A stretch of 64,000 bases of DNA from Candidatus Parcubacteria bacterium (GCA_039796775.1 JBDKJD010000001.1:88399-152398), one strand, 5' to 3'. Positions 9,632-19,838 are shown, counted from the stretch's first letter. Notes: generated from the sequence alone by a model not told the origin. Made by a program: numbers and translations.

Positions 9632-11077
9632 ATGTCTATAATTACTCTCTATACTACTAACTCAAGGAAAGAAGAGACCTTTACTCCTTTGAATAAAGAT
9701 TCTGTACATATCTACTCTTGTGGACCAACTGTGTATCATTATGCGCATATCGGTAATTTGCGTGCTTATGTATTCGCAGATGTCTTGCGAAGAATGTTTT
9801 CTAAAAGTGGCTACACCGTGAAGCATGTGATCAACATCACAGATGTTGGACATATGACAAGTGATGGGGATACAGGTGAAGACAAATTAGAAAAAGGCTC
9901 TCGAAGAGAAGGTAAGAGTGCTTTTGAGGTAGCTTTGTTCTATGAAGAAGCTTTTAAAAAAGATCTCGGACTTCTTAACATACCACTCAAAGAATATCTA
10001 TTCCCAAGAGCGACTGAATATATACAAGAACAAATCAATCTTATTGAGAAGTTAGAGTCAAAAGGCCACACGTACAGAATAGATGATGATGGTATTTATT
10101 TTGACACTTCAACATTCAAAGAATACAAAGATTTAGCACAATTAGATATAGAACATCTACGGTCTGGTGCTCGTGTAGAAGAGAACCCCCTCAAGAAAAA
10201 TAAAACCGACTTCGCATTATGGAAATTTTCTCCCAAAGGCTTTAGACGTCAAATGGAATGGGAATCCCCTTGGGGTGTTGGCTTTCCTGGTTGGCATATA
10301 GAATGTTCAGCGATGTCAAAAGCTCTTCTTGGGACCACATTTGATATTCATACAGGTGGTATAGACCATATTCCCGTGCATCATACTAACGAAATAGCTC
10401 AGAGCGTATGTGCGAATGATGCTCCTTATGTGAAGTATTGGATGCATGTTAATTTTCTCCATGACAAGACAGGTAAGATGTCAAAATCAAATGATGACTT
10501 CTTAACCCTTGATTCAATTATTCAAAAAGGATATGACCCGATGGTGTATCGTTATTTTGTATTAACCGCACATTACAGAAAAGAACTTTCTTTTAGCTAT
10601 GAAGCATTACAGGCAAGCAAGATGGCATACAACAAACTGTCTTCTTTTGTCATCAATAACAAAAAAAATGGATCGATTATCCCCTCTTCTTTGAATGCAT
10701 TCCTAGAAGCTCTACAGCATGATTTAAGAACCCCTGAAGCAATAGCTCAAATGTGGTCTCTCATGCAAAGCGACTACAAAAAAGAAGATATTAGCGCGAC
10801 ACTTAAGGAGATGGGGGACATGCTCGGTATTATATTTAAAGATAATGCTATAGATGAAAAAGCGCTCGAATCTTTTATTGCTAAATTAGTACAAGATTAC
10901 AAAAAAGCAAAAATAGCAAAAGATTATGCAACCTCAGACACAATACGAGAGCGTCTCAAAAAAGAAGGATACACTGTTCAAGATGAGAAAGACGGCGGTG
11001 TTAAATTTTTTGCAAATATGGAAGTGAACATGTCAGGGTCTTCCTCTTTAAAAACAGATATTGATACTGAACAATAA
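9632..11077 (+). CDS. cysS: cysteinyl-tRNA synthetase
   Basis: Class I HIGH-type (HIGN) and KMSKS motifs; CGPTVY; zinc-binding Cys and His residues. Confidence 0.95.
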   Translation: MSIITLYTTNSRKEETFTPLNKDSVHIYSCGPTVYHYAHIGNLRAYVFADVLRRMFSKSGYTVKHVINITDVGHMTSDGDTGEDKLEKGSRREGKSAFEVALFYEEAFKKDLGLLNIPLKEYLFPRATEYIQEQINLIEKLESKGHTYRIDDDGIYFDTSTFKEYKDLAQLDIEHLRSGARVEENPLKKNKTDFALWKFSPKGFRRQMEWESPWGVGFPGWHIECSAMSKALLGTTFDIHTGGIDHIPVHHTNEIAQSVCANDAPYVKYWMHVNFLHDKTGKMSKSNDDFLTLDSIIQKGYDPMVYRYFVLTAHYRKELSFSYEALQASKMAYNKLSSFVINNKKNGSIIPSSLNAFLEALQHDLRTPEAIAQMWSLMQSDYKKEDISATLKEMGDMLGIIFKDNAIDEKALESFIAKLVQDYKKAKIAKDYATSDTIRERLKKEGYTVQDEKDGGVKFFANMEVNMSGSSSLKTDIDTEQ

Positions 11078-11083
11078 TCGAAC

Positions 11084-11117
11084 ACTAGATGCGTCGCCGT
11101 AGGCGACGCATCTAGTG
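11084..11117 (+). terminator. hairpin after cysS
   Basis: Perfect 15-bp inverted repeat cactagatgcgtcgcc/ggcgacgcatctagtg. Weak U-tract. Confidence 0.5.
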
Positions 11118-11232
11118 CCAAGAGCTAAAAGCTCATAGCTGTCCGCTTATCCCCACTTTCCCCAGAAAAATAACAAAAGATAATTAATTATCATTTGCGT
11201 CAACTCCCCCTCATTGAGGTACACTCTATAGC

Positions 11233-12693
11233 ATGTTACCTCTTAATCAATTACAACCCTCAAGAAACAAAACGTCTCGCAAACGCTATCAAGACTATGA
11301 CAAAAAAATAGGCGAGACTGCTTTTGCTGGTACGCGTATCCCACCACAGGACTTAGATGCCGAGAAGGCGCTTCTTGGTTCTCTTCTCCTCTCCTCTGAT
11401 ACGCTTTTTGATATTTCAGATATTATTCACACTCAATCATTTTATGCAGCCAAGCATCAACTCATCTATGAATCAATTGAAGAGCTAGTTAATAATAAAG
11501 AACCTGTTGATATATTAACTGTCTCATCTTCTCTCAAGACCAAGAAACTCTTTGATCAAATTGGAGGTGCCCCATATCTCTCTGAATTACTCGGCTTAGT
11601 TGGATCAGCAGCAAATGCAAAGTATTATGCTCAAATCATTAGAAAAAAAGAGTTGCTCCGCAAGCTCATTGAAGGAAGTAACCACATTGCAGAAATATCA
11701 TACGAAGAAGAAGAGACGCTTGAAAGCATCTTAGAAGATGCCGAGAAAACAATTTATGAAATCACTACCAAAGGTGAGGCCTCAGGGCGGCTGATTGGAT
11801 TCAACGAAATGATTGACGAGACCTGGTCTCGCATTGAGAAACTCGCAGATCATACAGGCGGCATGCGTGGCACACCGAGCGGATTCAAAGAACTCGACAA
11901 TAAATTATCTGGATTCCAGCCATCTGACCTTATTATCTTAGCTGCTCGACCTTCTGTTGGTAAGACATCTCTCGCGCTAGACTTCGCACGCAACGCGGCT
12001 GTTAAGAGTAATATTCCTGTAGCAATCTTCTCACTTGAAATGAGTAAAGAACAGCTCGTAGACCGTATGCTTTCAGCGCAGTCCCAAGTCGACGGATGGA
12101 AACTCCGCACAGCCAAGCTTTCCCTAGATGAGGAATTCGAACGTCTTCAAGCTGGAATGCATGAGCTCATGAAGGCTCCTATTTATGTAGATGACACTGC
12201 GGCTAACTCTATTTTGAACATGAGAAGTACATTGCGACGACTCCAAACAGACAAGCCGATAGGTCTCGTGATAGTCGACTACTTGCAGCTTATGAGTACT
12301 GCTAAGAACTATGACAACATGGTTAATCAAGTAACCGAAATCTCTCGCTCATTAAAAGGTTTAGCGAAGGAATTCAATGTGCCTGTTATCGCACTGTCAC
12401 AGCTTTCTCGTGCGGTAGAGTCTCGTGGTGGACGCCCTCGTCTCTCTGACCTTCGTGACTCAGGATCAATCGAACAAGATGCGGACGTGGTGATGTTCAT
12501 CCATCGCGAAGACAAGTATGGTGAGAACACAGAAAAGAAAAATATTGTAGAGATACTCATAGAAAAGCATCGTAATGGACCAACAGGTGTTGTAGAACTT
12601 TACTTCGATGACAAGAAGACATCCTTCCTCTCTGTCGAAAAGTCAGAGTTCGGCGACTTCTCCATCCCTTCAGTTAAGATACCTGAGTTTTAA
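11233..12693 (+). CDS. dnaB: replicative DNA helicase DnaB
   Basis: N-terminal LDAEKALLGSLLL. Walker A ARPSVGKTSLALDFARN. RecA-like core. Confidence 0.95.
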   Translation: MLPLNQLQPSRNKTSRKRYQDYDKKIGETAFAGTRIPPQDLDAEKALLGSLLLSSDTLFDISDIIHTQSFYAAKHQLIYESIEELVNNKEPVDILTVSSSLKTKKLFDQIGGAPYLSELLGLVGSAANAKYYAQIIRKKELLRKLIEGSNHIAEISYEEEETLESILEDAEKTIYEITTKGEASGRLIGFNEMIDETWSRIEKLADHTGGMRGTPSGFKELDNKLSGFQPSDLIILAARPSVGKTSLALDFARNAAVKSNIPVAIFSLEMSKEQLVDRMLSAQSQVDGWKLRTAKLSLDEEFERLQAGMHELMKAPIYVDDTAANSILNMRSTLRRLQTDKPIGLVIVDYLQLMSTAKNYDNMVNQVTEISRSLKGLAKEFNVPVIALSQLSRAVESRGGRPRLSDLRDSGSIEQDADVVMFIHREDKYGENTEKKNIVEILIEKHRNGPTGVVELYFDDKKTSFLSVEKSEFGDFSIPSVKIPEF

Positions 12694-12735
12694 TATACAG
12701 CTACATTCGTTCAAAACAAAAGCCACTTAAAAAAA

Positions 12736-13422
12736 TTAAGTGGCTGTTGAAAGCATGTTGACTAGCGCAGCGTGACGAAGATTCTTTTTAAACAAAATAA
12801 TTGTACGAGTTTCTACACCACGAGAGATAGCTAAACTATACGAAACAGTTATTGGCACTTTATCTTCTGGGAAGCAACTTGCAACAATCTTTAATTTCTC
12901 TTTGATTTCTTCTTTAACACAAGCGAGAGCTTTACCCCTTCCTTTTCTATTAAAAGAAGAACCATTTGGCAAAGCAAAACTAAATGTATGCTGGGGAACA
13001 ATATCTTCAAAAACTTTTAATTCAATCCGTTGTTGTTCTCTTATCTTGGTAGATGGCAGTTTTTCTTCTTTAGGAGAGGTGGCGGCTAGCTCTTTCAGAA
13101 TAAACTGCTGCAGTTTATTTTTTGCTTCTTTTTTGTCTCTGTGAATTCTTTGTTTGATAAAGAAAGGCAACTTATGATTTGTCTCCAAAATCGTAACAAG
13201 ATTTTTAGAAACATTAGAAACTAAAGCAACTTTATAGTCTTTATCGTTAGGAGAATAAAACAAGAAAAATTTGATTTCTTCTATCTCACCAAGTAGCACA
13301 GCGGCATTGTTATTCAAAATATCCAGAATGTCTTCGTCTCTTGCTTTTGTTCTTTCTAGTAATCTTTGATGCCCGTGAATTGTTTGTTGTATCATAACAC
13401 ACCCCTTATATAAAAAGTTCAA
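12736..13422 (-). CDS. hypothetical protein
   Basis: ORF between dnaB and recR; no motif recognised. Start may be the internal Met (MIQQTIHG). Confidence 0.4.
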   Translation of the reverse strand: MNFLYKGCVMIQQTIHGHQRLLERTKARDEDILDILNNNAAVLLGEIEEIKFFLFYSPNDKDYKVALVSNVSKNLVTILETNHKLPFFIKQRIHRDKKEAKNKLQQFILKELAATSPKEEKLPSTKIREQQRIELKVFEDIVPQHTFSFALPNGSSFNRKGRGKALACVKEEIKEKLKIVASCFPEDKVPITVSYSLAISRGVETRTIILFKKNLRHAALVNMLSTAT

Positions 13423-13566
13423 CTATAGACCATTCTATATAAATAAAAGTTTTATGCAACGTAGTATTTCTTTATGAATTAAGAAGTGGTAGGGATTAAA
13501 ATATAAAATTAATTCATCCAAAGATTTCTGATATACTGACTACAAATAAGCAAAACTACAACGATA

Positions 13567-14190
13567 ATGAACGAAGCAGACAGACTAGCAGAACTTTTTA
13601 TGAGATTTCCTGGAATTGGCCCAAAGCAAGCTAAGCGTTTTGTATATTTCCTCCTTCGTGAAAATTCTCATTATAAAGATCAGTTGATCAAATCATTAGA
13701 AGAGCTCAAACATACAGGCAAGCAATGTACACGATGTTTTCGTTTTTATGGTGACAAATATAATACAAGTAATCTCTTGTGTGATATATGCTCCTCTTCT
13801 TCTAGAGACAAGTCTCTCCTTATGATAGTAGAGAAAGATATTGATATTGACGCCATTGAGAAGACAAATTCATACAATGGCCTCTATTGTATTCTCGGGG
13901 GATTAGTCCCTCCTCTTTCTGATAAGCCAACCGATCTCATTCGTATCCGAGAACTAACAGCGCTCATTCATACATCATTAACAGAAAACACCTTACAAGA
14001 AATCATCTTCGCTCTTCCAGTGACTGATTATGGAGATAACACTCAAGAATATATACAAAAAACAATAAGACAAATTGTAGGAATAGACAAAGTTAAACTA
14101 TCACATCTCGCCCGTGGGCTATCGAGCGGGCTTGAGATTGAATATGTAGACAAAGATACTTTCAAAAGCGCTCTTGAGAGGAGAAATTAG
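13567..14190 (+). CDS. recR: recombination protein RecR
   Basis: HhH motif RFPGIGPKQAKRFVYFLL. C4 zinc finger CTRCFRF...CDIC. Toprim segment. Confidence 0.9.
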   Translation: MNEADRLAELFMRFPGIGPKQAKRFVYFLLRENSHYKDQLIKSLEELKHTGKQCTRCFRFYGDKYNTSNLLCDICSSSSRDKSLLMIVEKDIDIDAIEKTNSYNGLYCILGGLVPPLSDKPTDLIRIRELTALIHTSLTENTLQEIIFALPVTDYGDNTQEYIQKTIRQIVGIDKVKLSHLARGLSSGLEIEYVDKDTFKSALERRN

Positions 14191-14230
14191 GGATAGTGTT
14201 TAGCTTTCAGACATTAGTTGTTAGTAATAT

Positions 14231-14262
14231 AAAAGCGCGACCACTTCGTGGTCGCGCTTTTA
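14231..14262. terminator. bidirectional terminator between recR and rplU
   Basis: aaaagcgcgacca-cttc-gtggtcgcgctttt perfect hairpin with A- and T-tracts on both sides. Confidence 0.7.
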
Positions 14263-14293
14263 TATTCTTCTTAAAACTTAAAACTGTTTACTA

Positions 14294-14611
14294 TTATTTA
14301 ACTGCTCCAATTTCGAGCTTCATGAATGGTTGTCGGTGACCGTTACGCTTGTGATAACGAGACTTTGCTCTATAGCGTACTATCATTATCTTATCACCTT
14401 TTCCGATTTCTTTAATAGTTGCTTTGACAGCTGCACCTTTAACAAAAGGAGCTCCTACCGTTGTAGATGTACCGTCATCTGTTAAGACAACATCCTTAAG
14501 TTCTACCGTATCCCCTACTTTATAATCTCCAGTAAGCTTCTCTACAGTAATAATATCTCCTTGAGATACCTTGTATTGCTTGCTGCCTGTTTGAACAATA
14601 GCTATTGACAT
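14294..14611 (-). CDS. rplU: 50S ribosomal protein L21
   Basis: MSIAIVQTGSKQYKVSQGDII matches bL21. ORF-track start at 14662 is probably too far upstream; the internal Met at 14611 was chosen. Confidence 0.9.
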   Translation of the reverse strand: MSIAIVQTGSKQYKVSQGDIITVEKLTGDYKVGDTVELKDVVLTDDGTSTTVGAPFVKGAAVKATIKEIGKGDKIMIVRYRAKSRYHKRNGHRQPFMKLEIGAVK

Positions 14612-14782
14612 AATAGAACAATTATACACTTTTCTCACAAAAAAGCAAAATAATTCTGACACCTTCTTATTTTATTGATGTTTTAGGGGTGTCTCTTGAA
14701 TGTACCTGGGATGATATATGCAAAGTAATGATTATATTGTAGTATAAAAATGTACAGTAACTATCTTATAAGGAGACGTACA

Positions 14783-15136
14783 ATGAAGTTCTTTGAATTA
14801 CCTCTTGTGCTCCATCTGCTCTCGCTTTCAATCTACGAAATCATCGTGTATTACGTTGTTATTGGACTAGTGAGCGCTTTGCTCTGTTTTATATTCGGAG
14901 TTATTACTCACAAGTATCGACTGTCTTCTCCGCTCTACAATCCATTTTTGAATTCATGGATGCTGATTATCATGATCTATGCATGGCCATTTGGAATACC
15001 AACATTAATCAAATGTGTATATGATGTGATACATGAACTGTTGCTTATATTTTTGGCTAGAAGAAGTAATAGACGTGCCTGGCAAAAGCTAGACATCAAG
15101 CACGAGGCAAGCAGCGAACCACCCCGCTTTATGTGA
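14783..15136 (+). CDS. hypothetical membrane protein
   Basis: AAGGAG RBS 8 nt upstream of the ATG at 14783. Several hydrophobic helices. Confidence 0.4.
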   Translation: MKFFELPLVLHLLSLSIYEIIVYYVVIGLVSALLCFIFGVITHKYRLSSPLYNPFLNSWMLIIMIYAWPFGIPTLIKCVYDVIHELLLIFLARRSNRRAWQKLDIKHEASSEPPRFM

Positions 15137-15161
15137 ATCATTTCCAAAAGGAGGAACTACT

Positions 15162-15269
15162 ATGACGCCCGTTACCTTGTTCCTCTTCTCGTTATGTGGA
15201 GTAGTTATTCTAATCACAAAAGCAAAAGAGGAAAAAGAAGGCTCGGAGGTGCTCTCTTCTCTCACATGA
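15162..15269 (+). CDS. possible small membrane peptide (35 aa)
   Basis: AGGAGG RBS 7 nt upstream of the ATG. One hydrophobic helix. Not in ORF track because it is under 60 aa. Confidence 0.3.
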   Translation: MTPVTLFLFSLCGVVILITKAKEEKEGSEVLSSLT

Positions 15270-15525
15270 GGACAGACTTTGAGACTAACCCAATCCCTGC
15301 GACTATCGGGTATATGTTTTGTTTTGTGTTTGGCTTCGTCGCTATCACATTTCGAATCATCTATAAAGCAATGTTATGCATCACAGCCAACACTATCAAG
15401 ATATATCGCTCTCTAAGGCGCTACATCAAAGATGTGACCTGATAGTACATCAACCTAAAAGCTCTGCTCATGATTATGAAGCAGAGCTTTTCTTATCTCA
15501 CGAGAGATAGTAACTGAGAATAATC

Positions 15526-16581
15526 TTACTCTTCTTCAAATGAGGGTTTATCCAAAAACGTAGGATCAATACCATTATCATTCCCAGTAATTCTGAGAAC
15601 ATCTTTGTCTACTTTCTTTAATTCTTTATAGGCAGCATTATAATGATTAACTGATGTACCAAGAGTAATACCAAGCTTCTTCATATATTCTTCATATGCC
15701 CCTAGATGACGGCCAAGCTCCTCAACTCTCTTTTCTATATGTTTAGCACTCTCTTCAATTTTGAACGCCTTGAATCCAAAGAGCACGGACTGAAGATAAG
15801 CATAGAATGTCGTAGGTGACACTATGATTACCTTCTTCTTGTTATATGCATACTCAATAAGATTCTGAGTATTCACAGCCCCTCGCGCTACTTGATTAAC
15901 AAGAAGATCATAATAGATACCCTCAGCTGGGATAAACATAAACGCGAATGGTAATGTTCCCTCTTCTGGACGTATATATTTAGAAGTCTCGTCAATTCTT
16001 TTCTGAATATCTTTTTTAAACTCTGTTTGATAATATGCGATGTCTTCTTCGTCATCTGCATTCATAAGACGTTGATAATTATCAAGCGAGTACTTAGCGT
16101 CGATCGGAATAATTCCCTCTTTTGTATGCACTACCGCATCCACGACTTCGCCATTTTTGAAGTAAAACTGCATTTCGTACTGACCAGGTGCGAGCATGTT
16201 AGAGAGAATCTGTTCAAGAGCCGCTTCTCCTAGATTGCCACGCTGCTTCTGGTGAGTGAGAACCTTTTGCAACCCCTGCAACTGCTCTGTCATAGAAAAT
16301 ACTTGTCTATTCCCCTCTTTAACCTCAGTCAACTCTCTAGTTATTTCTGTGATGAGTTTCGTTGATTCCGAATTCTGTCTATGAAGCACCTGATGAAGTT
16401 CAGATGATGAACGTTCAAGCTTCTGCTCCATTGTGTTACGCATTTTCTCTAACTGATCCTGGAGTATAAGAATACTCTTGTCTTGTACATCGTCTTTTTT
16501 GCTCCCAATTTTTATCAAGAGTGTAATAAGGAGAAGAGAAATAATTGTCCCAAAAATAATAATGATTGCTGTAGCTTCCAT
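15526..16581 (-). CDS. rmuC: DNA recombination protein RmuC
   Basis: N-terminal TM helix, long coiled-coil region, then RmuC-like core (IPIDAKYSLDNY ... VIIVSPTTFYAYLQSV). Confidence 0.75.
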   Translation of the reverse strand: MEATAIIIIFGTIISLLLITLLIKIGSKKDDVQDKSILILQDQLEKMRNTMEQKLERSSSELHQVLHRQNSESTKLITEITRELTEVKEGNRQVFSMTEQLQGLQKVLTHQKQRGNLGEAALEQILSNMLAPGQYEMQFYFKNGEVVDAVVHTKEGIIPIDAKYSLDNYQRLMNADDEEDIAYYQTEFKKDIQKRIDETSKYIRPEEGTLPFAFMFIPAEGIYYDLLVNQVARGAVNTQNLIEYAYNKKKVIIVSPTTFYAYLQSVLFGFKAFKIEESAKHIEKRVEELGRHLGAYEEYMKKLGITLGTSVNHYNAAYKELKKVDKDVLRITGNDNGIDPTFLDKPSFEEE

Positions 16582-16643
16582 ACGATAGATACAATAAGTC
16601 TAACACGACGTAATGATAGTATATATGGTATACTTATCTTATT

Positions 16644-17090
16644 ATGCAAGAAACAATTAAAGCACAACTAAAACCTGCCATGATTGCAAAAGACGCAGTC
16701 CGTGTAGGAACTATTCGTATGATTTTAGCAGCGTTTACTAATGAGCTTGTTACACAAGGTCATCCACCAACAGATCCCCTCTCAGACGAAGACTGTATGA
16801 AAGTGATTAAGCGACTAGCTAAGCAACGCAAAGATTCAATAGATCAATTCGTTTCTGGTGGTAGACCAGAATTAGCAGAAGACGAGAAAGCAGAACTCGC
16901 CGTCATTGAAGAATTCCTCCCAGAAGCGATGTCAGAGGCTGAAATTGAAGCAAAAGTAAAAGCAAAATTAGCCGAATCACCACTTGATCCAGCCAAGAAA
17001 GGTCAATTCGTTGGCCAAATGATGAAAGAACTTGGCAGTACCGCAGACGGAGCATTGGTGAAAAGCGTTATCGACAAACTTACAGCCTAA
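16644..17090 (+). CDS. GatB/YqeY domain protein
   Basis: MQETIKAQLKPAMIAKD..RVGTIRMILAAF pattern typical of the YqeY family. 148 aa. Confidence 0.75.
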   Translation: MQETIKAQLKPAMIAKDAVRVGTIRMILAAFTNELVTQGHPPTDPLSDEDCMKVIKRLAKQRKDSIDQFVSGGRPELAEDEKAELAVIEEFLPEAMSEAEIEAKVKAKLAESPLDPAKKGQFVGQMMKELGSTADGALVKSVIDKLTA

Positions 17091-17166
17091 AACACTTGAC
17101 TCTCAAGCCTAGACGCTACACACTATGAATGGACCTCAATTTCAACCACAGAAAGGAGAATCTATC

Positions 17167-17565
17167 ATGGTAACTAACGAAACCAAAGAAGTTCCTCTTT
17201 CGGAAGAAAAGAGGCTGCGTTTAGAAGCTGTTTTGCAAGAATTTTTAAAGATAAGACCAGAATTGAAAAACTCAACCGAGGTTAAGATCACAGAAAAAGA
17301 TTTCAATGCTCTTTATCGAGATGTTATAAAAACAAACTTACCTGGTAGAAAAAGAATATATCTTGAGGAATTAAGAAAGTTTGTTTCATTAAAAACCACC
17401 CCTGTGATAGCAATCATTTCCAAAGAAGAAAAGACTGGTGTACGTGTAGAGAATCGTGGTCAACATGTAAAAAAGGTGTCTCGACCTCCTCAACCTCGTC
17501 GTCATAATTATCTAATTACTTCATGCGGAAAAGACTTAGCAGCGAATCAAGGTAAAGACCTCTAA
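17167..17565 (+). CDS. hypothetical protein
   Basis: AAAGGAG RBS ahead of the ATG at 17167; charged, basic C-terminus. Confidence 0.4.
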   Translation: MVTNETKEVPLSEEKRLRLEAVLQEFLKIRPELKNSTEVKITEKDFNALYRDVIKTNLPGRKRIYLEELRKFVSLKTTPVIAIISKEEKTGVRVENRGQHVKKVSRPPQPRRHNYLITSCGKDLAANQGKDL

Positions 17566-17643
17566 GTAACTCATCCGTGTAGAAATATTCTACACGGATT
17601 TGTTTTATTAAGAGGTGTACAGCTTATTATAAGCAAGTCTATT

Positions 17644-18315
17644 CTATCTACACATCACAGGAACGGCGACGCTCACAGGGTTAGGAACTGAGCGAGCTTG
17701 TTGAAATGTAAGCGAACATGGAGTGTTAGTTGGAAGTACAATATTGATTCGCGCTTCAAATCGTGACCAGGATGATGATGTTACCCAAGATGCTGTAGAA
17801 GACGCAGTGACAACTCCGAGCATTCTCCCCTGTTTATCACTTACAATGATTGGGAACTTGCCATTCACAAACATCGTAGTGTGAGCTTCTCCATAAACCA
17901 TCATATTAGTATAGACAACACTACCACTATAGAGGGAGAGGTTGCGTAGATAATCAGGTTTATTTGGTTGAGCTACCATAGTGTTAACATTTGAAACTGA
18001 CTGATACGAACTATTCCATGGAATGTTAGCGTTCCGAGCGATAGTATCATCCCAAGAAGGTGGTGCTACATTCTGATATTCTTTGGGTGGATATTGAGCA
18101 TCTCTTTCTAGCCATGCTTTGTATAGTCGTGGTGAAGGAAGTAGTGGTTTCCTTTCTCCATTTTCATTTACTGAGCTAAATGCTATTAATTGCTTAACCT
18201 GAGAGAAACTAAGCATCGGGAAGAGTAGTCCAACGAGCCACCACACAAGAGCTGCGAACAGCACTACAATTGTTATTCTAGAAAGATATCCGATAATGTT
18301 TTTTAAAAAATCCAT
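17644..18315 (-). CDS. hypothetical membrane-anchored secreted protein
   Basis: N-terminal TM helix followed by a Ser/Thr/Trp-rich extracellular region. Confidence 0.45.
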   Translation of the reverse strand: MDFLKNIIGYLSRITIVVLFAALVWWLVGLLFPMLSFSQVKQLIAFSSVNENGERKPLLPSPRLYKAWLERDAQYPPKEYQNVAPPSWDDTIARNANIPWNSSYQSVSNVNTMVAQPNKPDYLRNLSLYSGSVVYTNMMVYGEAHTTMFVNGKFPIIVSDKQGRMLGVVTASSTASWVTSSSWSRFEARINIVLPTNTPCSLTFQQARSVPNPVSVAVPVMCR

Positions 18316-18326
18316 ATGATGTATCG

Positions 18327-18902
18327 TTAGCGTAACACTCTACTCCCATTACATGCACTTTCATTCCATAGTCCTCGATTCTGAGACTTGGCGAACTTCT
18401 GAGCATCTCTGAATTCTTTTTGAAAAAGATATGGCGTCAAATACGTATATTCATATGCATATCCTTCCATAATCATTTTACGGTTGATCATTTGTTCATC
18501 TTCTAAATATACATATGCGAGCAATCTATCATAGGCATCTCTGTACCCTTGAGACTCATCATATTCCAATCGAACCTTTTTGCCTTCTGCTATTTCTTCC
18601 ATTCTCGTGCTCGCTTCTTTACCAAAACATTCTACAGGTCTACGAGGATCTACGCTCTCTGGTGTATTGATTCCGAGCAATCTCACTGACTCATTCTTAC
18701 CTTCCATATTAATGATAATAGTATCACCATCAACAGCGCGCACAACATCGAAGAATGTTCCGACAGTGTTAGGGGTTTTCTCAGGAAGTGGAACCGATAT
18801 AATCCCCCTGCTCGATAGTTCAAAAAAAAGTCCAAATACTATTGTGAGAATAACTGGAATAGAAATAACTTTTGGTGGAGAAAACGAAGTATGTGCTGAC
18901 AT
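18327..18902 (-). CDS. thermonuclease (SNase-like), membrane-anchored
   Basis: VVRAVDGDTIIINMEGKNESVRLLGINTPE ... DAYDRLLAYVY matches the staphylococcal nuclease fold. N-terminal TM helix. Confidence 0.8.
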   Translation of the reverse strand: MSAHTSFSPPKVISIPVILTIVFGLFFELSSRGIISVPLPEKTPNTVGTFFDVVRAVDGDTIIINMEGKNESVRLLGINTPESVDPRRPVECFGKEASTRMEEIAEGKKVRLEYDESQGYRDAYDRLLAYVYLEDEQMINRKMIMEGYAYEYTYLTPYLFQKEFRDAQKFAKSQNRGLWNESACNGSRVLR

Positions 18903-18911
18903 ACAAAAAGT

Positions 18912-19451
18912 TTAACACACATTTGGTGTGTTGATTTTTTTGAGAAGTGTATGAATAGAAAATAAGAGAATGATAATACCAACATATCCAAACTCTTCAC
19001 CATTGTACGGAAGCACATTAGTCAAAAACGTGCCCCCAGCTATTCCAAACAATGTCGTTATGATAACTGTGCCACATGCAGCACACCCAACCCCCATGAG
19101 CGCCAAGAGAAGTCCTGTGCCCGAATAGAGTCCACTCTTCATAATCATCTCGCTGTGATTCTTGATATACACATAGAAAAGGCTGAGTACTACCCCAGTT
19201 AACAATGATGTAATGATTGATACAGCTAGTGATGAAGTGGTGAAGCTGTTATTGATATCAAACAGTGTAGACACCCCCATCCCCATCCTTTTCCAAAAAT
19301 TAATCTGATCAAATGACAATACCTGTAACGCAGAGTTTCCATTTTGAAGAAGAAGCACGAAGAGAAACACCACTCCCGCACTCATGAATGCTATACAGGT
19401 GTTCTTCATGCTAGAAAAAACGCGAATTGCTGTAGATAGAGATTGATTCAT
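18912..19451 (-). CDS. hypothetical integral membrane protein
   Basis: Four to five hydrophobic helices. Confidence 0.45.
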   Translation of the reverse strand: MNQSLSTAIRVFSSMKNTCIAFMSAGVVFLFVLLLQNGNSALQVLSFDQINFWKRMGMGVSTLFDINNSFTTSSLAVSIITSLLTGVVLSLFYVYIKNHSEMIMKSGLYSGTGLLLALMGVGCAACGTVIITTLFGIAGGTFLTNVLPYNGEEFGYVGIIILLFSIHTLLKKINTPNVC

Positions 19452-19487
19452 AATGCTAAGTGTATCATGAGTGTGGTGTCTATGTGG

Positions 19488-19548
19488 GGACGAAATACTA
19501 TCAATAAGCGGGACCCTTCGGGTCCCGCTTATTGATAGTATTTCGTCC
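19488..19548. repeat. 61-bp perfect palindrome (29-bp arms, 3-nt loop)
   Basis: Left arm gacgaaatactatcaataagcgggaccc, loop ttc, right arm gggtcccgcttattgatagtatttcgtc. No flanking U-tract. Confidence 0.8.
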
Positions 19549-19838
19549 TAAAACATCTCATCCCCCACCCTTCTTCTTTCTATGAGTGCATCTAGCTGTG
19601 CAATCTCATTCTCTATTGCTTCTTCCCAGGCTTCTTGACCATTGTTAATCGCATGAACTTTAGCTTTATAGTTGATATAGGTTGGATAAATAAGTTCTGG
19701 ATTCTCGAGAATTGCTCGAGTGAACTCTTCTTGATCCTCATCTTCAAGATGTTGCAGTCCAAGCTCAAAAGCTCTCAACTCTTCAAATGTGAGACTAGAG
19801 TTCTGTAATGCTTTTCTAAGAGATGGGATAATCGCCAT
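19548..19838 (-). CDS. hypothetical protein
   Basis: ORF only; acidic and helical. Confidence 0.4.
   Translation of the reverse strand: MAIIPSLRKALQNSSLTFEELRAFELGLQHLEDEDQEEFTRAILENPELIYPTYINYKAKVHAINNGQEAWEEAIENEIAQLDALIERRRVGDEMF

Noticed and set aside
12902-13144. Plus-strand ORF inside the minus-strand 228-aa gene, and similar nested ORFs elsewhere (1429-1647, 1718-1912, 2831-3223, 11850-12560, 34026-34615, 36543-38696, 46555-47731, 50691-51470, 52223-53872, 54349-55447, 56083-57248, 58222-59193)
   Set aside because: All lie within longer, motif-supported genes on the other strand or frame. No independent start signals.
15194-15442. 82-aa ORF 15194-15442
   Set aside because: No RBS. 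It overlaps, in another frame, the 35-codon ORF at 15162-15269 that has a strong AGGAGG RBS. Neither has homology support, so both are low confidence.
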